Origin: Candidatus Eremiobacteria bacterium
Lineage (GTDB): Bacteria; Vulcanimicrobiota; Vulcanimicrobiia; Vulcanimicrobiales; Vulcanimicrobiaceae
Reading direction: 5' to 3'
Assembly: GCA_963737065.1 (NCBI GenBank)
Contig: CAVTRC010000001.1
Coordinates: 288,001 to 352,000 of the forward strand
DNA length: 64,000 nucleotides
The translations under genes and the position numbers were made by a program. Below, piece by piece: positions 30,303 to 39,990 of this stretch (the first letter of the stretch is position 1; the number at the start of each line of letters is the position of its first letter). The notes beneath the pieces are model-generated. The model did no database searches. It had not been told where the DNA came from and saw nothing but the letters and a program-made list of their open reading frames with translations.

Positions 30303-30357
30303 AAAGCCGTTATCGGTCGCACGTTGCGCCATTCTTTAGATCGGCGCCGCGACAGCG

Positions 30358-30386
30358 AAGAAGCCCCACGAACCGCGAGGCTTCCG
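30358..30386 (-). terminator. Hairpin downstream of tRNA-Phe
   Basis: AAGCCTCGCG-GTT-CGTGGGGCTT stem followed by CTTC on the minus strand. Confidence 0.5.
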
Positions 30387-30396
30387 TTTGCTTTCA

Positions 30397-30472
30397 TGGT
30401 GCCAAGGGCGAGAATCGAACTCGCGACACCGCACTTTTCAGGCGCGTGCTCTACCGACTGAGCTACCTTGGC
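30397..30472 (-). tRNA. tRNA-Phe(GAA)
   Basis: GCCAAGGTAGCTCAGTCGGTAGAGC...CTGAAAA...GTTCGATTC...CCA. Confidence 0.96.
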
Positions 30473-30867
30473 ACGGCGACCGGGCCAGATTCGAGACGGT
30501 AAGTCTGGTCCCTTTCGATGAGCGTCATTCCGCGAGCAAGACGTCAGATATTGCGCCGCCGACATGCATCAGCAGCGATCGCATCGGCGTGCCGAATCAA
30601 GAACGAAAGTGCTGGCGAAGGTTAACGATTCGGTGTATTGTATCAGCGATTGCGACACGGGGTGGTCTCGTCCTCGGTGAAATTTGGCGGCTGCGAGTGG
30701 CACCGGAAGTTCGAGAAGTAACACGGTCGCCGCCTAATACGAAACACGCCTGGCGCGATAGGACTCCCGCGAGTACGCAACGCGCACTGACGAACGCCAA
30801 CCGTGATCGCGGTGTTCCGCGCGGCGCAGCCGGTTGTGAGGTAGCCATTTCAGGCGACAACCTATAC

Positions 30868-30893
30868 GAAAAGCCCCGATTCGCATCGGGGCT
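30868..30893 (-). terminator. Intrinsic terminator after tRNA-Val/Asp
   Basis: AGCCCCGAT-GCGA-ATCGGGGCT followed by TTT. Confidence 0.75.
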
Positions 30894-30903
30894 CCTCCAA
30901 AAG

Positions 30904-30980
30904 TGGCGACGTTGATGGGGCTCGAACCCACGACCTCCGCCGTGACAGGGCGGCGCTCTAACCAACTGAGCTACAACGCC
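30904..30980 (-). tRNA. tRNA-Asp(GTC)
   Basis: GGCGTTGTAGCTCAGTTGGTTAGAGC...CTGTCAC...CCA. Confidence 0.96.
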
Positions 30981-31013
30981 ATGCGGCGCCGTCGACTCGG
31001 GGCTTGACCGAGA

Positions 31014-31088
31014 TGGTGGGCACGATAGGATTCGAACCTATGACCCCTCCCGTGTGAAGGGAATGCTCTCCCACTGAGCTACGCGCCC
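31014..31088 (-). tRNA. tRNA-Val(CAC)
   Basis: GGGCGCGTAGCTCAGTGGGAGAGC...TTCACAC...CCA. Confidence 0.96.
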
Positions 31089-31177
31089 GAAGTGCCCAAC
31101 GACGATTGGACAAGGTGGGAGTTTATCCTATCGGAGGGCATGTTGTCCAGCGCGTTCGGTAGAACCGCCGGAAAGCG

Positions 31178-31609
31178 ATGCTCGAACGATTCCCTCTTAT
31201 CATGCGTTTCACCGTTCCGTTCTCCGACGTCGACATGATGCAGCACGTAAACAACGTCGCGTACATCCGCTGGTGCGAAGCGATGCGCGCGGAATACTTT
31301 GCTCAAGTGATGAACGAACCGATCAACGGTGAACGCGGCATGATTCAAGCGAACATCAACTTTACGTACGACCGGGAACTCCACTATCGCGAAGCCGTCG
31401 CGATCGGCATCAAAGTTTCGCGGATCGGAACGAAATCGTGGGATTTCGCGTACGAAATTTGGAGCGATAGCGCGGGCGAGCGCGCTGCGCACGGAACGAC
31501 GACCGTCGTCGCGTACGACTTCACGAATCACCAGACGATCGTCATCCCGGAACAATGGCGTGACGAGATCGCGCGTTTCGAAGATGGGCCGCAGCACGTC
31601 TTCATATGA
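31178..31609 (+). CDS. Acyl-CoA thioesterase (4HBT/YbgC hot-dog fold)
   Basis: DVD.MQHVNNVAY...E..R, RIG.KS. Confidence 0.92.
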   Translation: MLERFPLIMRFTVPFSDVDMMQHVNNVAYIRWCEAMRAEYFAQVMNEPINGERGMIQANINFTYDRELHYREAVAIGIKVSRIGTKSWDFAYEIWSDSAGERAAHGTTTVVAYDFTNHQTIVIPEQWRDEIARFEDGPQHVFI

Positions 31610-32814
31610 TTCTGGCTCTGACGCTCGCGGGATCGCTCGCCGCACAAACCGCATTTTCAACCGGGCTTACCGACCTCTACGCGTACGCCGGTCCGCAAGC
31701 TGCGGAACAATTCGTCGCCGCGCAGCGTGCCGATCCAAACGACGTGTTGCCGTACTGGGGAGAGGCGCTCGCGCGCGGGACTGATCTCAACAACGGCCTC
31801 ACCGCGACGAAGTTCGCCGCGTCGCAAGCCGCGATCGCGAAAGCGGCACCGTACGCCGCGCTCGCATCCGATCAGCATCGCGCGCTCGTCGAAGCCGTTA
31901 CCGCGCGGTATGCGGGCACCTACGCCGATCGTGATCGCGATGAGGTCGCGTATCGTGCGGCAATGGAGCAGTATATCGCAGCGTATCCGGATGACGACGA
32001 CGGCAGCATGATCCTCGTAGAGGACCTCATGGAGCGCCACGGCATGAAGTGGAACGCCGACGACACGCCCGCCGATGATACGTCAGCGGAAATACTGCGC
32101 CTTACGCAGACCGTGCTCGCACGTAATCCGCAGCACCTTTTCGCCAATCATCTCTGCATTCACATCTATGACAATGCGCCCGACCGGACGCCGGCGATCG
32201 CGTGCGCGCAACGATTAGACGCGATAACGTTCGTCGAACCGCAAGAGCATCTCGCGCATATGCCGGCACATACGTGGATTGAACTCGGCGACGGAAAAGC
32301 CGCGCTCGCATCGAGTGCTCGCGCGTGGGCGCTCCATCCAACCAAATACGCCGAACACGACGCGTACGTGGGGCTCTCCGCGGCGTTATTATGCGATGAC
32401 AGTGCGGCCGCCGCAACGTGGAGCAAGCGTCTCGGTGCGATTGAAGGATCCCATCCCAACCTCTCACCACCGCCGTATATTGAACGCGCACGAGCGGACG
32501 AAGCGGCCGGAAAAATCGACGACGCGATCGCGATACTGGAACAGCAAATAAAGACGCAAGCGTCGGTCACCGAGCTCGTTCCCTTCTATCCCGCCGATGA
32601 AGCGTTGGGCGCACTACTGCTTCGCAGCGGACAGTACACGAAAGCGCGCGATACGTTTACTTCGATTCTCGTTGATCACCCACGGCGTCCACGCGCATTG
32701 TTCGGCATGAGCGTTGCACTGGCGCATTTGGGGGATTCGACCGCCGCCCAGCACTATAGCGATGCGTTTGCACAGTACTGGGCCGGCGGTACGTTGACGA
32801 TCAACGATTTCTAG
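31606..32814 (+). CDS. Secreted TPR-containing protein
   Basis: PYWGEALA.G, HL.IH, HLAHMPAH, C-terminal TPR helices. Confidence 0.82.
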   Translation: MILALTLAGSLAAQTAFSTGLTDLYAYAGPQAAEQFVAAQRADPNDVLPYWGEALARGTDLNNGLTATKFAASQAAIAKAAPYAALASDQHRALVEAVTARYAGTYADRDRDEVAYRAAMEQYIAAYPDDDDGSMILVEDLMERHGMKWNADDTPADDTSAEILRLTQTVLARNPQHLFANHLCIHIYDNAPDRTPAIACAQRLDAITFVEPQEHLAHMPAHTWIELGDGKAALASSARAWALHPTKYAEHDAYVGLSAALLCDDSAAAATWSKRLGAIEGSHPNLSPPPYIERARADEAAGKIDDAIAILEQQIKTQASVTELVPFYPADEALGALLLRSGQYTKARDTFTSILVDHPRRPRALFGMSVALAHLGDSTAAQHYSDAFAQYWAGGTLTINDF

Positions 32815-32822
32815 GGCGTTCG

Positions 32823-33020
32823 TCACGCTCGCGAAACTCCGCGAAGTACCGCAGCGAGACGGGCGAGCACGTCGCTCGCATATTGTGCGCCGTCAGCCGC
32901 GATCACGCGGACGCTCGTACTTCGTGCACTTTCGCACAGCCGCGCTCGGCGCGCGCGTTCGGCAGAAGCAAGAGCATCATCGTGACGTACACGGATTTCG
33001 GCTTCGTGCCATAAGTCCAT
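32823..33020 (-). CDS. Small hypothetical protein (65 aa)
   Basis: GAGGA SD, ATG 33020, helical basic sequence. Confidence 0.65.
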   Translation of the reverse strand: MDLWHEAEIRVRHDDALASAERARRARLCESARSTSVRVIAADGAQYASDVLARLAAVLRGVSRA

Positions 33021-33044
33021 GAGTGTCCTCGATTGCAAACAAAT

Positions 33045-33086
33045 GATGAAATGGAAAGGCCCCCGAGCGGTACGCTGGAGGCCTTC
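33045..33086 (-). terminator. Intrinsic terminator/attenuator in the 5' leader of 32823-33020
   Basis: AAGGCCTCCAGCG-TAC-CGCTCGGGGGCCTT followed by TCCATTTCATCATTT. Confidence 0.6.
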
Positions 33087-33109
33087 AGAATCGAACGGGG
33101 CGCGAACGT

Positions 33110-33217
33110 TTACATGTACGCGACGCTACGATTTCGACATGAAGGCACAGCGGTGATGAATCCGCCTTGCGACGGCACAAGCGGGCTGCAATTGACCATC
33201 AGTGAACGTGTGATCAT
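33110..33217 (-). CDS. Putative leader peptide (35 aa) MITRSLMVNCSPLVPSQGGFITAVPSCRNRSVAYM
   Basis: Perfect AAAGGAGG SD 8 nt before ATG; lies between a promoter and a terminator. Confidence 0.6.
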   Translation of the reverse strand: MITRSLMVNCSPLVPSQGGFITAVPSCRNRSVAYM

Positions 33218-33258
33218 TGTTCGTGCCTCCTTTCATGCGATTCAAGTAGCGAGTGACA

Positions 33259-33288
33259 ACTCTACCACGCTTGGCTTCCCATTCGCAA
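33259..33288 (-). promoter_or_regulatory. Sigma70-type promoter TTGCGA-N18-TAGAGT with extended TG
   Basis: Direct sequence match upstream of the leader peptide. Confidence 0.55.
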
Positions 33289-33328
33289 GAGCGCAAGGAG
33301 GGTTAGCCGACGCCCCTCACCAATCCGT

Positions 33329-33358
33329 TTGACTCCCTCGGATCGCGTTTGATATACT
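33329..33358 (+). promoter_or_regulatory. Sigma70-type promoter TTGACT-N18-TATACT with extended TG
   Basis: Near-consensus, directly upstream of tRNA-Val. Confidence 0.75.
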
Positions 33359-33380
33359 GCCGCGGTTGTCCGATACGCGA

Positions 33381-33455
33381 GTGCGTGTAGCTCAGTGGGA
33401 GAGCACCACCTTGACACGGTGGGGGTCGTAGGTTCAATCCCTACCACGCACACCA
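33381..33455 (+). tRNA. tRNA-Val(GAC)
   Basis: GTGCGTGTAGCTCAGTGGGAGAGC...TTGACAC...CCA. Confidence 0.96.
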
Positions 33456-33462
33456 TTTCGTC

Positions 33463-33906
33463 TCAATGGTCTTCGTAGTCGGAGAAAACGCAATCAGAAT
33501 AGTACGATGCCCCTTTGCCGCATATTCGGCGGCCCAATTCGTATTGTCGCGTTGTCACGTGGTTCAACGTCCGCAGCATCGGAAGCACGATCGGTCGAAC
33601 TAGAAGTTCGTCGTTTGCGACGTTCGCGGAAACCATTACGTCCCGAACAGCGCGCGAGCGGCCGACAACGACTCGCACGCGCCCCGGCACGGCCGAAAGA
33701 AAGCGGAAATATCCTGCGCCCGACGTAGTCGTCCGCTGAGGCGGTTCGTGAGATGACGTTAACGTAACCGAGATCGGACACACGGGTTGGTTACTTCCGG
33801 CAATTAGTACGCGACCATAGATGCGCCCCGTGTTTCCATCGGCTGACGCGTTCACGATCAACGTCCACCAAAGAGCCAGCGCAACGCTCAGGATCCGCAT
33901 CCTCAT
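33463..33906 (-). CDS. Secreted carboxypeptidase-regulatory-like domain protein
   Basis: Signal peptide; TGRIYGRV...V.LTS...TTTS..GYFRF....PG. Confidence 0.7.
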   Translation of the reverse strand: MRMRILSVALALWWTLIVNASADGNTGRIYGRVLIAGSNQPVCPISVTLTSSHEPPQRTTTSGAGYFRFLSAVPGRVRVVVGRSRAVRDVMVSANVANDELLVRPIVLPMLRTLNHVTTRQYELGRRICGKGASYYSDCVFSDYEDH

Positions 33907-34279
33907 AAAGAGCGCGCTGGTCTGCGAGTCCGTGACTCTTAGGGCGATGCGTCGATGTGGATCGACCAAGCTAACATGGACAGTTTGCGGGGGCCAGCGT
34001 GATCGGAGTTGACCCGCTTCCGTGGAGACGTTCAATCTTACAGAGAAACGCCTCCTCATGGCAAAGCGCCCCAGGTACCGGACCGGAATTTCGGCATAGG
34101 ATCATCGAGCTGGTTGGAACGCCTGTCCGCGTTCGACGCTGTACTACAAGCCGCTACCGGGTCTCAGATCGATTTGGAGTTGATACGGCGGATCGCAGCC
34201 AGCTTTGATGGACCCGCGGCTGGTACACGGACGTGCTGTGATCTCCGCGCGCAAAACGGCAGGCGCTAAAGACGGCCGA

Positions 34280-35539
34280 CTATTCCTCTTTGCGCGCGTC
34301 GAAGAATCCGATATCCATTCCGTTTTGCCAAAACGTTCCCGAGAACAAGCCGCGATTCGCGGAAAGACCGGCGACGTGCACCTCGCCCGTCGATGAGATT
34401 CCTTGGCAATTGATTTCTTTGTAAGAAATGCGTTGTGCTGAAGCGCTTATAGGAATCGTCAAATGCAAGTTCGTTTCTTGCTCGCACGGCGTAGCCCGCT
34501 GTCCACCCACGCTCTCCTTATGCAAATCCATGACGATCGTATTGCTGTTCGAGACGGTGGCGTTTCCAGCCCACACGATCGTACCGACCACAACGTTCGA
34601 CTCGGTGATGCGCCACGTACCTTGAAGCGCGATCTTGCGACCTGCCGGAGCTGCCGCCGCCGTCGGTGGGCGGCTCGATTGCGTAGGGGACGCAGTTGGC
34701 ATTGCAGGCGCCGGCGTAGTCGATTCTGCTGTTGCTGGAGACGCCGCTACCGAAGTATGCCTCACGCTCGCCGACATCGACGGCGATGGGATCGCCGTTA
34801 CAGCGACACGCGTGCTCTGTAGTTTTGGAGGTCGAGTCGACAACGCACTAATGGTCGCACTCGACGTATTGCGCGGCGGAACGGTAGTCGGCACAGCAGT
34901 TGCGGTTGCTGTCGCGGTCGGCGTAGTCAAGCGCGTTGGCATCGCTCTTACCGCGGGAATCGGCGTTCCCGGTGCGGCGCCGAGTAGAGTCGTCGCCGTC
35001 GCGCTGGGAGTCGGCGTGATCGCTTCGGAGACGCGGCTTGGCCGCGGTGTCCAACGCGGCATGACAACGGCCAAAGCTATTCCAATTGTGAACCCGACGA
35101 GCACGACGACGACCGCCGACACGACCATCGTCAGAGGTGAACTGAGCATTCGCCGTGACAGACGGCGGGGCTGGTTCGATCGGAGTTGAAGCATTCGCTC
35201 GATGTCTGCGTCATCGAAAAAGGCGATCGCACGCGGATGCGCAAGCAGAAAGCGTTCCAGACGCGTCCTGAATTCCGAGGGCAGCGTCAGGAAGTGCGCG
35301 AGAACCGCTGTTTCACGCGGCCCGTCATCGAACATCCCAAGTAGTGAATCATCGGGCGGCGCCACCGGCACATCAAATGCTATTGCGAGCTGAGCCAAGT
35401 CAGCGGCAGGCATGCGTGGCACTGCTCGGCGCAACGCCGCATAGCTCTCGTCTATCGGGACGGTCCGTACGTAAGACGATACGCGGGCTACGACATCTGC
35501 AGGCCGTAATGTCGCGAGCGCTCGATCAACCCATGCCAC
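34280..35539 (-). CDS. Single-pass membrane protein with long Pro/Thr/Ala linker and C-terminal beta domain (start uncertain)
   Basis: TM VVSAVVVVLVGFTIGIALAVV, PT-rich spacer, C-terminal domain with two Cys. Confidence 0.75.
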   Translation of the reverse strand: MAWVDRALATLRPADVVARVSSYVRTVPIDESYAALRRAVPRMPAADLAQLAIAFDVPVAPPDDSLLGMFDDGPRETAVLAHFLTLPSEFRTRLERFLLAHPRAIAFFDDADIERMLQLRSNQPRRLSRRMLSSPLTMVVSAVVVVLVGFTIGIALAVVMPRWTPRPSRVSEAITPTPSATATTLLGAAPGTPIPAVRAMPTRLTTPTATATATAVPTTVPPRNTSSATISALSTRPPKLQSTRVAVTAIPSPSMSASVRHTSVAASPATAESTTPAPAMPTASPTQSSRPPTAAAAPAGRKIALQGTWRITESNVVVGTIVWAGNATVSNSNTIVMDLHKESVGGQRATPCEQETNLHLTIPISASAQRISYKEINCQGISSTGEVHVAGLSANRGLFSGTFWQNGMDIGFFDARKEE

Positions 35540-35675
35540 GCCGTGTATCTTACCCACCTTCGTTTGAACGTGGCACAGCGGTACGACAGCGGTGCGCAAA
35601 CGGCGCAGACAACGGCCGTGCGCTTGCAGGCTCTACCGCTAAAAAATCGTCGAGCAATCAGAGGTCGATGTGCCG

Positions 35676-36293
35676 ATGCGAAATCGCGTAACACCGTACG
35701 GTGAGATCGTCGCGCTTCCCGGCCGCGGGACGATGCTTGGCAATCGAGGCGTCATCCACAATGCACGCAAGGAAATCGTGCGCTCGTGGCAAGTCAAACG
35801 CTGGATTGCGTGCGCGCTCGAGTTTCGCGGACGGCGGCGTGAAGTGATGGAGCCAAATCGATGGACGCACCTCTTCTTTCTCGACGAAGCCGCCGCGTTT
35901 AGCGCGGGGCATCGGCCGTGCGCGGAATGCCGTAACGCCGATTACAAACGTTTCCGCGCACTGTGGGAAGCGGTGCACGACACAACGGCCGGTGCAGATG
36001 CGATCGACGAAGCGCTGCACGCGAGCCGCTTACAGCATCGGCAAAAGCGAACGTATCGAGCGGCGATCCACGAACTACCCGACGGCACATACGTCGCGCT
36101 CGACGGCGAGCCATGGTTAATGTGGGGTGACTCGATCTACCGATGGTCCGACGCCGGGTACACGACGCAACGGCCTCGTCCAACGCATCGCGAGGTCGAA
36201 GTCCTTACGCCGGAAGCCGCCGTAGCAATCTTCGCGGCCGGTTACCGGCCGGGCGTTCACCCGACGGTCGATACGCCACGCATCTCTCCGTGA
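35676..36293 (+). CDS. Conserved hypothetical protein with Ada-like GHRPCxxC motif
   Basis: NRVTP.G, GNRG, W..C.L.F.GR.R, LFFLDEA.A..AGHRPCAECR. Confidence 0.85.
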   Translation: MRNRVTPYGEIVALPGRGTMLGNRGVIHNARKEIVRSWQVKRWIACALEFRGRRREVMEPNRWTHLFFLDEAAAFSAGHRPCAECRNADYKRFRALWEAVHDTTAGADAIDEALHASRLQHRQKRTYRAAIHELPDGTYVALDGEPWLMWGDSIYRWSDAGYTTQRPRPTHREVEVLTPEAAVAIFAAGYRPGVHPTVDTPRISP

Positions 36294-36349
36294 CGGAGCA
36301 TGTTCGACGCATCGGCACTGCGAATGGCGACGTAAAACGGGAGGTACTC

Positions 36350-38035
36350 GTGAAGCGCATTCTCGCCGCTCTTTTTTCGCTGTCGTTCTTCGCGTACGCC
36401 GCGCCGCTGCACGCACAGACGCCGGCGCCGCAAGCGCCGTCCGATGACGCGCTCGCGGCGCTGGTGCGTCAGAAAATCAAGCACGTTTTCGTTATCTATC
36501 AGGAGAACCGCTCGTTCGACTCGTACTTCGGTACGTTTCCCGGCGCTGAAAATCTGACGTCTACGCTCGCGCAGACGCAAGGGTTTCGCCAGTACGATCC
36601 GCTCGGCAATCAGTGGGTGACCCCCTTTCGAATCACGACGCCCGATACGGCAGACGCCAACCACGCGCGTCAAGCGCTCATCACGAAGGCCGACGACGGA
36701 CGAATGGATCTCTACGTCGCGACCGAGGAGTTTGGATTGCTCGCGCGCGGCTATTCGCGCGACGACGCCCAACGCGTCGGCCTGCTTACGATGGCCTTCG
36801 AAGACTGCGACATGATTCCGTACTACTGGCAGTACGCGCACAACTTTGCACTCTTCGATCATTTCTTTCAAGCGATGTACGCGCCGTCGACACCGGGCAA
36901 CATCGACCTAATCGCCGCGCAAACCGGGCAGACGCAGTGGGCGCGACATCCGAACGAGGCATTCAAGTCGAGCGGAAACGGATCGGGCGTCCCGGTCGTT
37001 GACGATCTTCCGCCCGCGTTCGGGCCGTACGGTGACGGCGAAACTCCAAAGACGACGCAAGACGATCTCACGTTTGCAACGCTTTTTCTTACGCTTTCCG
37101 GCAAGGACGCGACCAACGCCAAACGCGATGACGACGACATCAAAAATGATGTCGCTTCACTCGCGCAGCGCGGCGCACCGGCAGTTCCGTGGGGCTGGTA
37201 TCAGGAAGGCTTCGGCGCTACGCCGGAAAACGGCCGCTCGCCGTATGTGACGCATCACAATTCACTGCAATACTTCGGGTATCTGCGCAACAACGACTAC
37301 TTCTGGCGCGGCGTGCACAACGTCAGCGAACTGCTGCCCGCGATTCGAAACGGAACCCTGGGCGACCGCGGCGTCGTTTTCGTCAAGGGCGGATATCAGG
37401 ATCCCTTCGGGTTCAAGCCCGCAGACACGAGCGCGTACGTTCAAAAAACGTTTCAAGGCGACGATGATCATCCGGGATATTCCGACTCACAAATATCCGA
37501 AGCATTTGTCGCAACGTTCGTGAACGCGGTGGCGAAGAGCACGTACTGGAACGATTCCGTAATTCTGATCACGTGGGATGACTCGGAGGGCTTCTACGAT
37601 CACATGTCGCCGCCGAAGTTCGAACGCTGCCCCGACGGCTATCCCTGTGGCGACGGTCCACGCGTTCCGGCGATCCTCATCTCGCCGTACGGGAAAGATC
37701 GCACGATTGTGCGCGATCCTTCCGATCACACATCGTTTGCAAAGATGCTCGGACGCGTCTTCAATCTTCCCGCGCTTGCATCACTTCCCGACGAAGCACC
37801 GTACCTTCCCGAAGGACCGCGCGACACGAACGCGCGTCTCTCTGATTTGCTCGGGGGGTTCGACGCGGAACGACTGAGCGGAACGAAACTCCCGATTCCC
37901 GCATCACAGGCGATCGTCGCGGACATCGGCGTTCCACCAAAAGAATCGTGTTCATCGCTCGGCATCGTCCCGAACCACATCCTCGGCGAAGAAAAAGCGC
38001 CCGCCGGGTTTGCTCCGCTCACCGTCGGGCACTGA
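36350..38035 (+). CDS. Phosphoesterase (phospholipase C / acid phosphatase AcpA family), secreted
   Basis: IKHVFVIYQENRSFDSYFG, DHFFQ, DDHPG, TWDDSEGFYDH, GPRVP; GGGAGG SD. Confidence 0.93.
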   Translation: MKRILAALFSLSFFAYAAPLHAQTPAPQAPSDDALAALVRQKIKHVFVIYQENRSFDSYFGTFPGAENLTSTLAQTQGFRQYDPLGNQWVTPFRITTPDTADANHARQALITKADDGRMDLYVATEEFGLLARGYSRDDAQRVGLLTMAFEDCDMIPYYWQYAHNFALFDHFFQAMYAPSTPGNIDLIAAQTGQTQWARHPNEAFKSSGNGSGVPVVDDLPPAFGPYGDGETPKTTQDDLTFATLFLTLSGKDATNAKRDDDDIKNDVASLAQRGAPAVPWGWYQEGFGATPENGRSPYVTHHNSLQYFGYLRNNDYFWRGVHNVSELLPAIRNGTLGDRGVVFVKGGYQDPFGFKPADTSAYVQKTFQGDDDHPGYSDSQISEAFVATFVNAVAKSTYWNDSVILITWDDSEGFYDHMSPPKFERCPDGYPCGDGPRVPAILISPYGKDRTIVRDPSDHTSFAKMLGRVFNLPALASLPDEAPYLPEGPRDTNARLSDLLGGFDAERLSGTKLPIPASQAIVADIGVPPKESCSSLGIVPNHILGEEKAPAGFAPLTVGH

Positions 38036-38050
38036 CGCGCATCGCACACG

Positions 38051-38932
38051 TTAACGCGAGGTTCGGCCGCGATTCAACCGATATTCAACGAAGCTGCGCG
38101 CGAGCAGATTCGTGAGGAAGACGAAGATCATGAGCAACGCCGCCGCCGCGTACGCGAGCTGATGTGATTCTTCGAACGGCTGACTGATGTACGTCCACAC
38201 GACATACGTCAAGTAGCCGACGGGCGAGTGCGTCGGGTGCAGCGTCGGCATGTAACTCGACCAGCCCGCGGTGTAGATGAGCGGCGCCGTTTCACCGAGC
38301 CCGATGCCCGTCGCAATCAGTAGGCCGGTGAGAATCCCCGGCAACGCATACGGAAAGTCGATCGACGCGACAACCATTGCGGGCCGGGCACCGAGTGCGA
38401 CCGCGCCCTCCCGCATCGTACGCGGCACGTTCGTCAACGCAACATCCGCCGCGCGCACGACATACGGCAGCATAAAGATCGCAAGCGCGAGCGATCCCGC
38501 GATCAGCGAGAATCCCCAGCCCACTTCTTCCACGAGCGCGACGTAGAGAAAATAGCCGACGACGATCGACGGCACGCCGGCAAGCACATCGACCATGAAC
38601 CGGATCGTGCGTTTGCCCCACCGCGGCGCAAACTCCACCGTCCACAGCGCCGTGCCAAGACCAACGATAATCACGAGAACGAGCCCGATCGCGACCAACA
38701 TGATCGTCCCCACAATCGCGTTCGCTAGACCGCCGGCGACGCCGTGCGTCGTCGTCACGAATATCGACGGTTTTAGCGCCGGAAGGCCGCGGCCGAGAAC
38801 AAATGCGAAAATGGAGAACAGCAATCCGATCACCGCAACGAGACACGCGACGCTAACCGTCCACCAGCCGCGGCTGATCCACGTGCTTCGCGCGGTGCCG
38901 TGCAGCGGTTCGAAAATGTCCGCCGTCGTCAT
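38051..38932 (-). CDS. pstA: Phosphate ABC permease PstA
   Basis: LAGVPSIV.G, EAA loop, GETAPL. Confidence 0.95.
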   Translation of the reverse strand: MTTADIFEPLHGTARSTWISRGWWTVSVACLVAVIGLLFSIFAFVLGRGLPALKPSIFVTTTHGVAGGLANAIVGTIMLVAIGLVLVIIVGLGTALWTVEFAPRWGKRTIRFMVDVLAGVPSIVVGYFLYVALVEEVGWGFSLIAGSLALAIFMLPYVVRAADVALTNVPRTMREGAVALGARPAMVVASIDFPYALPGILTGLLIATGIGLGETAPLIYTAGWSSYMPTLHPTHSPVGYLTYVVWTYISQPFEESHQLAYAAAALLMIFVFLTNLLARSFVEYRLNRGRTSR

Positions 38933-39981
38933 GCGGCACCACGCCCTTCACTGCGGTCCGCGCCGCGCATCACGCTTCGCGCAATGATGTTGATCAGCAG
39001 CGTAATGAGAAAGAGCACCACGGCAAGTTCCGCAAGCGACCGTTGCGCCATACCCGTGGCGTCCGTTAGCGCCGATTCCAACTGCGAGACGATCACGGCA
39101 GCGATCGTGTTGATCGGCGAAAAGACGTTTTGCGGAAACGTATTGACGGCCGCACCGCACACCATGAGGACCGCCATCGTCTCACCGATCGCGCGTCCGA
39201 ACGCAAGCAACACCGATGCAAGGACTCCCGCGCGAACGCTCGGCAACACCGCGCGCGTCATTGCCTGCCAACTGCTGCTGCCGAGCGCCATACTCGCTTC
39301 GAAGATCGCATTCGACTGCGCGAGGATCACGTCGCGCGTCGTAGCGACCATGATCGGAATAACCATGAGCGAGAGAATGAACACCGACGCCGCGAGCCCG
39401 TTGCCGCTTCCCGCTGAGCCTCCGACGAAGGGAACGAACCCCAGATGCGACGTGGCCCAGGGCCCGAACGCGCGCGCAATCCACGGCACGAGCACGACGA
39501 GTCCCCACAGTCCGTACACGACCGACGGGATTCCCGCCATCAATTCAACGAGCGCATTCGTCAATGGCCGCACTGGGCGAGGCACGCGATAGACGAGCGA
39601 AAGCGCAACCATAATGGAAAGCGGCACGGCGATCACCATCGTGCACACCGCGCTCAGCACCGAACCAAAGATGAAGACAAGCGCACCAAACGATGCGTTC
39701 GGCGCGCCGGCGAATCCATGACGCGTGGTGACGCCGTTCGCGTACTGATTGCCGATGTTCCAAATCGGACTTGTAAGAAATTGCAGTCCGTTGAACCGTA
39801 TCGCCGGATACGCGTACACGAGCAGAAAGAACAGCATCAAAAAGATAATCGCGAAACTGATGACCGCTGCAACCGCCGTCAGAATGCGAAGTACGAGCTG
39901 CGCGCCGATTCGCTGGAGCGCGGCCGGCGATACGGCTTTCGCGGTATCCCCCCCACTGATGGCCATCTTTGCTGTCGCCAT
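38929..39981 (-). CDS. pstC: Phosphate ABC permease PstC
   Basis: ELMAGIPSVVYGLWG, GRAIGETMAV. Confidence 0.95.
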   Translation of the reverse strand: MATAKMAISGGDTAKAVSPAALQRIGAQLVLRILTAVAAVISFAIIFLMLFFLLVYAYPAIRFNGLQFLTSPIWNIGNQYANGVTTRHGFAGAPNASFGALVFIFGSVLSAVCTMVIAVPLSIMVALSLVYRVPRPVRPLTNALVELMAGIPSVVYGLWGLVVLVPWIARAFGPWATSHLGFVPFVGGSAGSGNGLAASVFILSLMVIPIMVATTRDVILAQSNAIFEASMALGSSSWQAMTRAVLPSVRAGVLASVLLAFGRAIGETMAVLMVCGAAVNTFPQNVFSPINTIAAVIVSQLESALTDATGMAQRSLAELAVVLFLITLLINIIARSVMRGADRSEGRGAA

Positions 39982-39990
39982 GCTATGTGC

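Noticed and set aside
30473..30867. ORFs or ncRNA between tRNA-Phe and tRNA-Asp
   Set aside because: No recognisable protein or RNA motif; the ORFs overlap tRNAs.
33950..34275. Short ORFs, possible gene remnant
   Set aside because: No convincing family signature or start context.
33456..35600. Possible island integrated at tRNA-Val(GAC)
   Set aside because: No integrase and no duplicated tRNA 3' end (att) found by eye.
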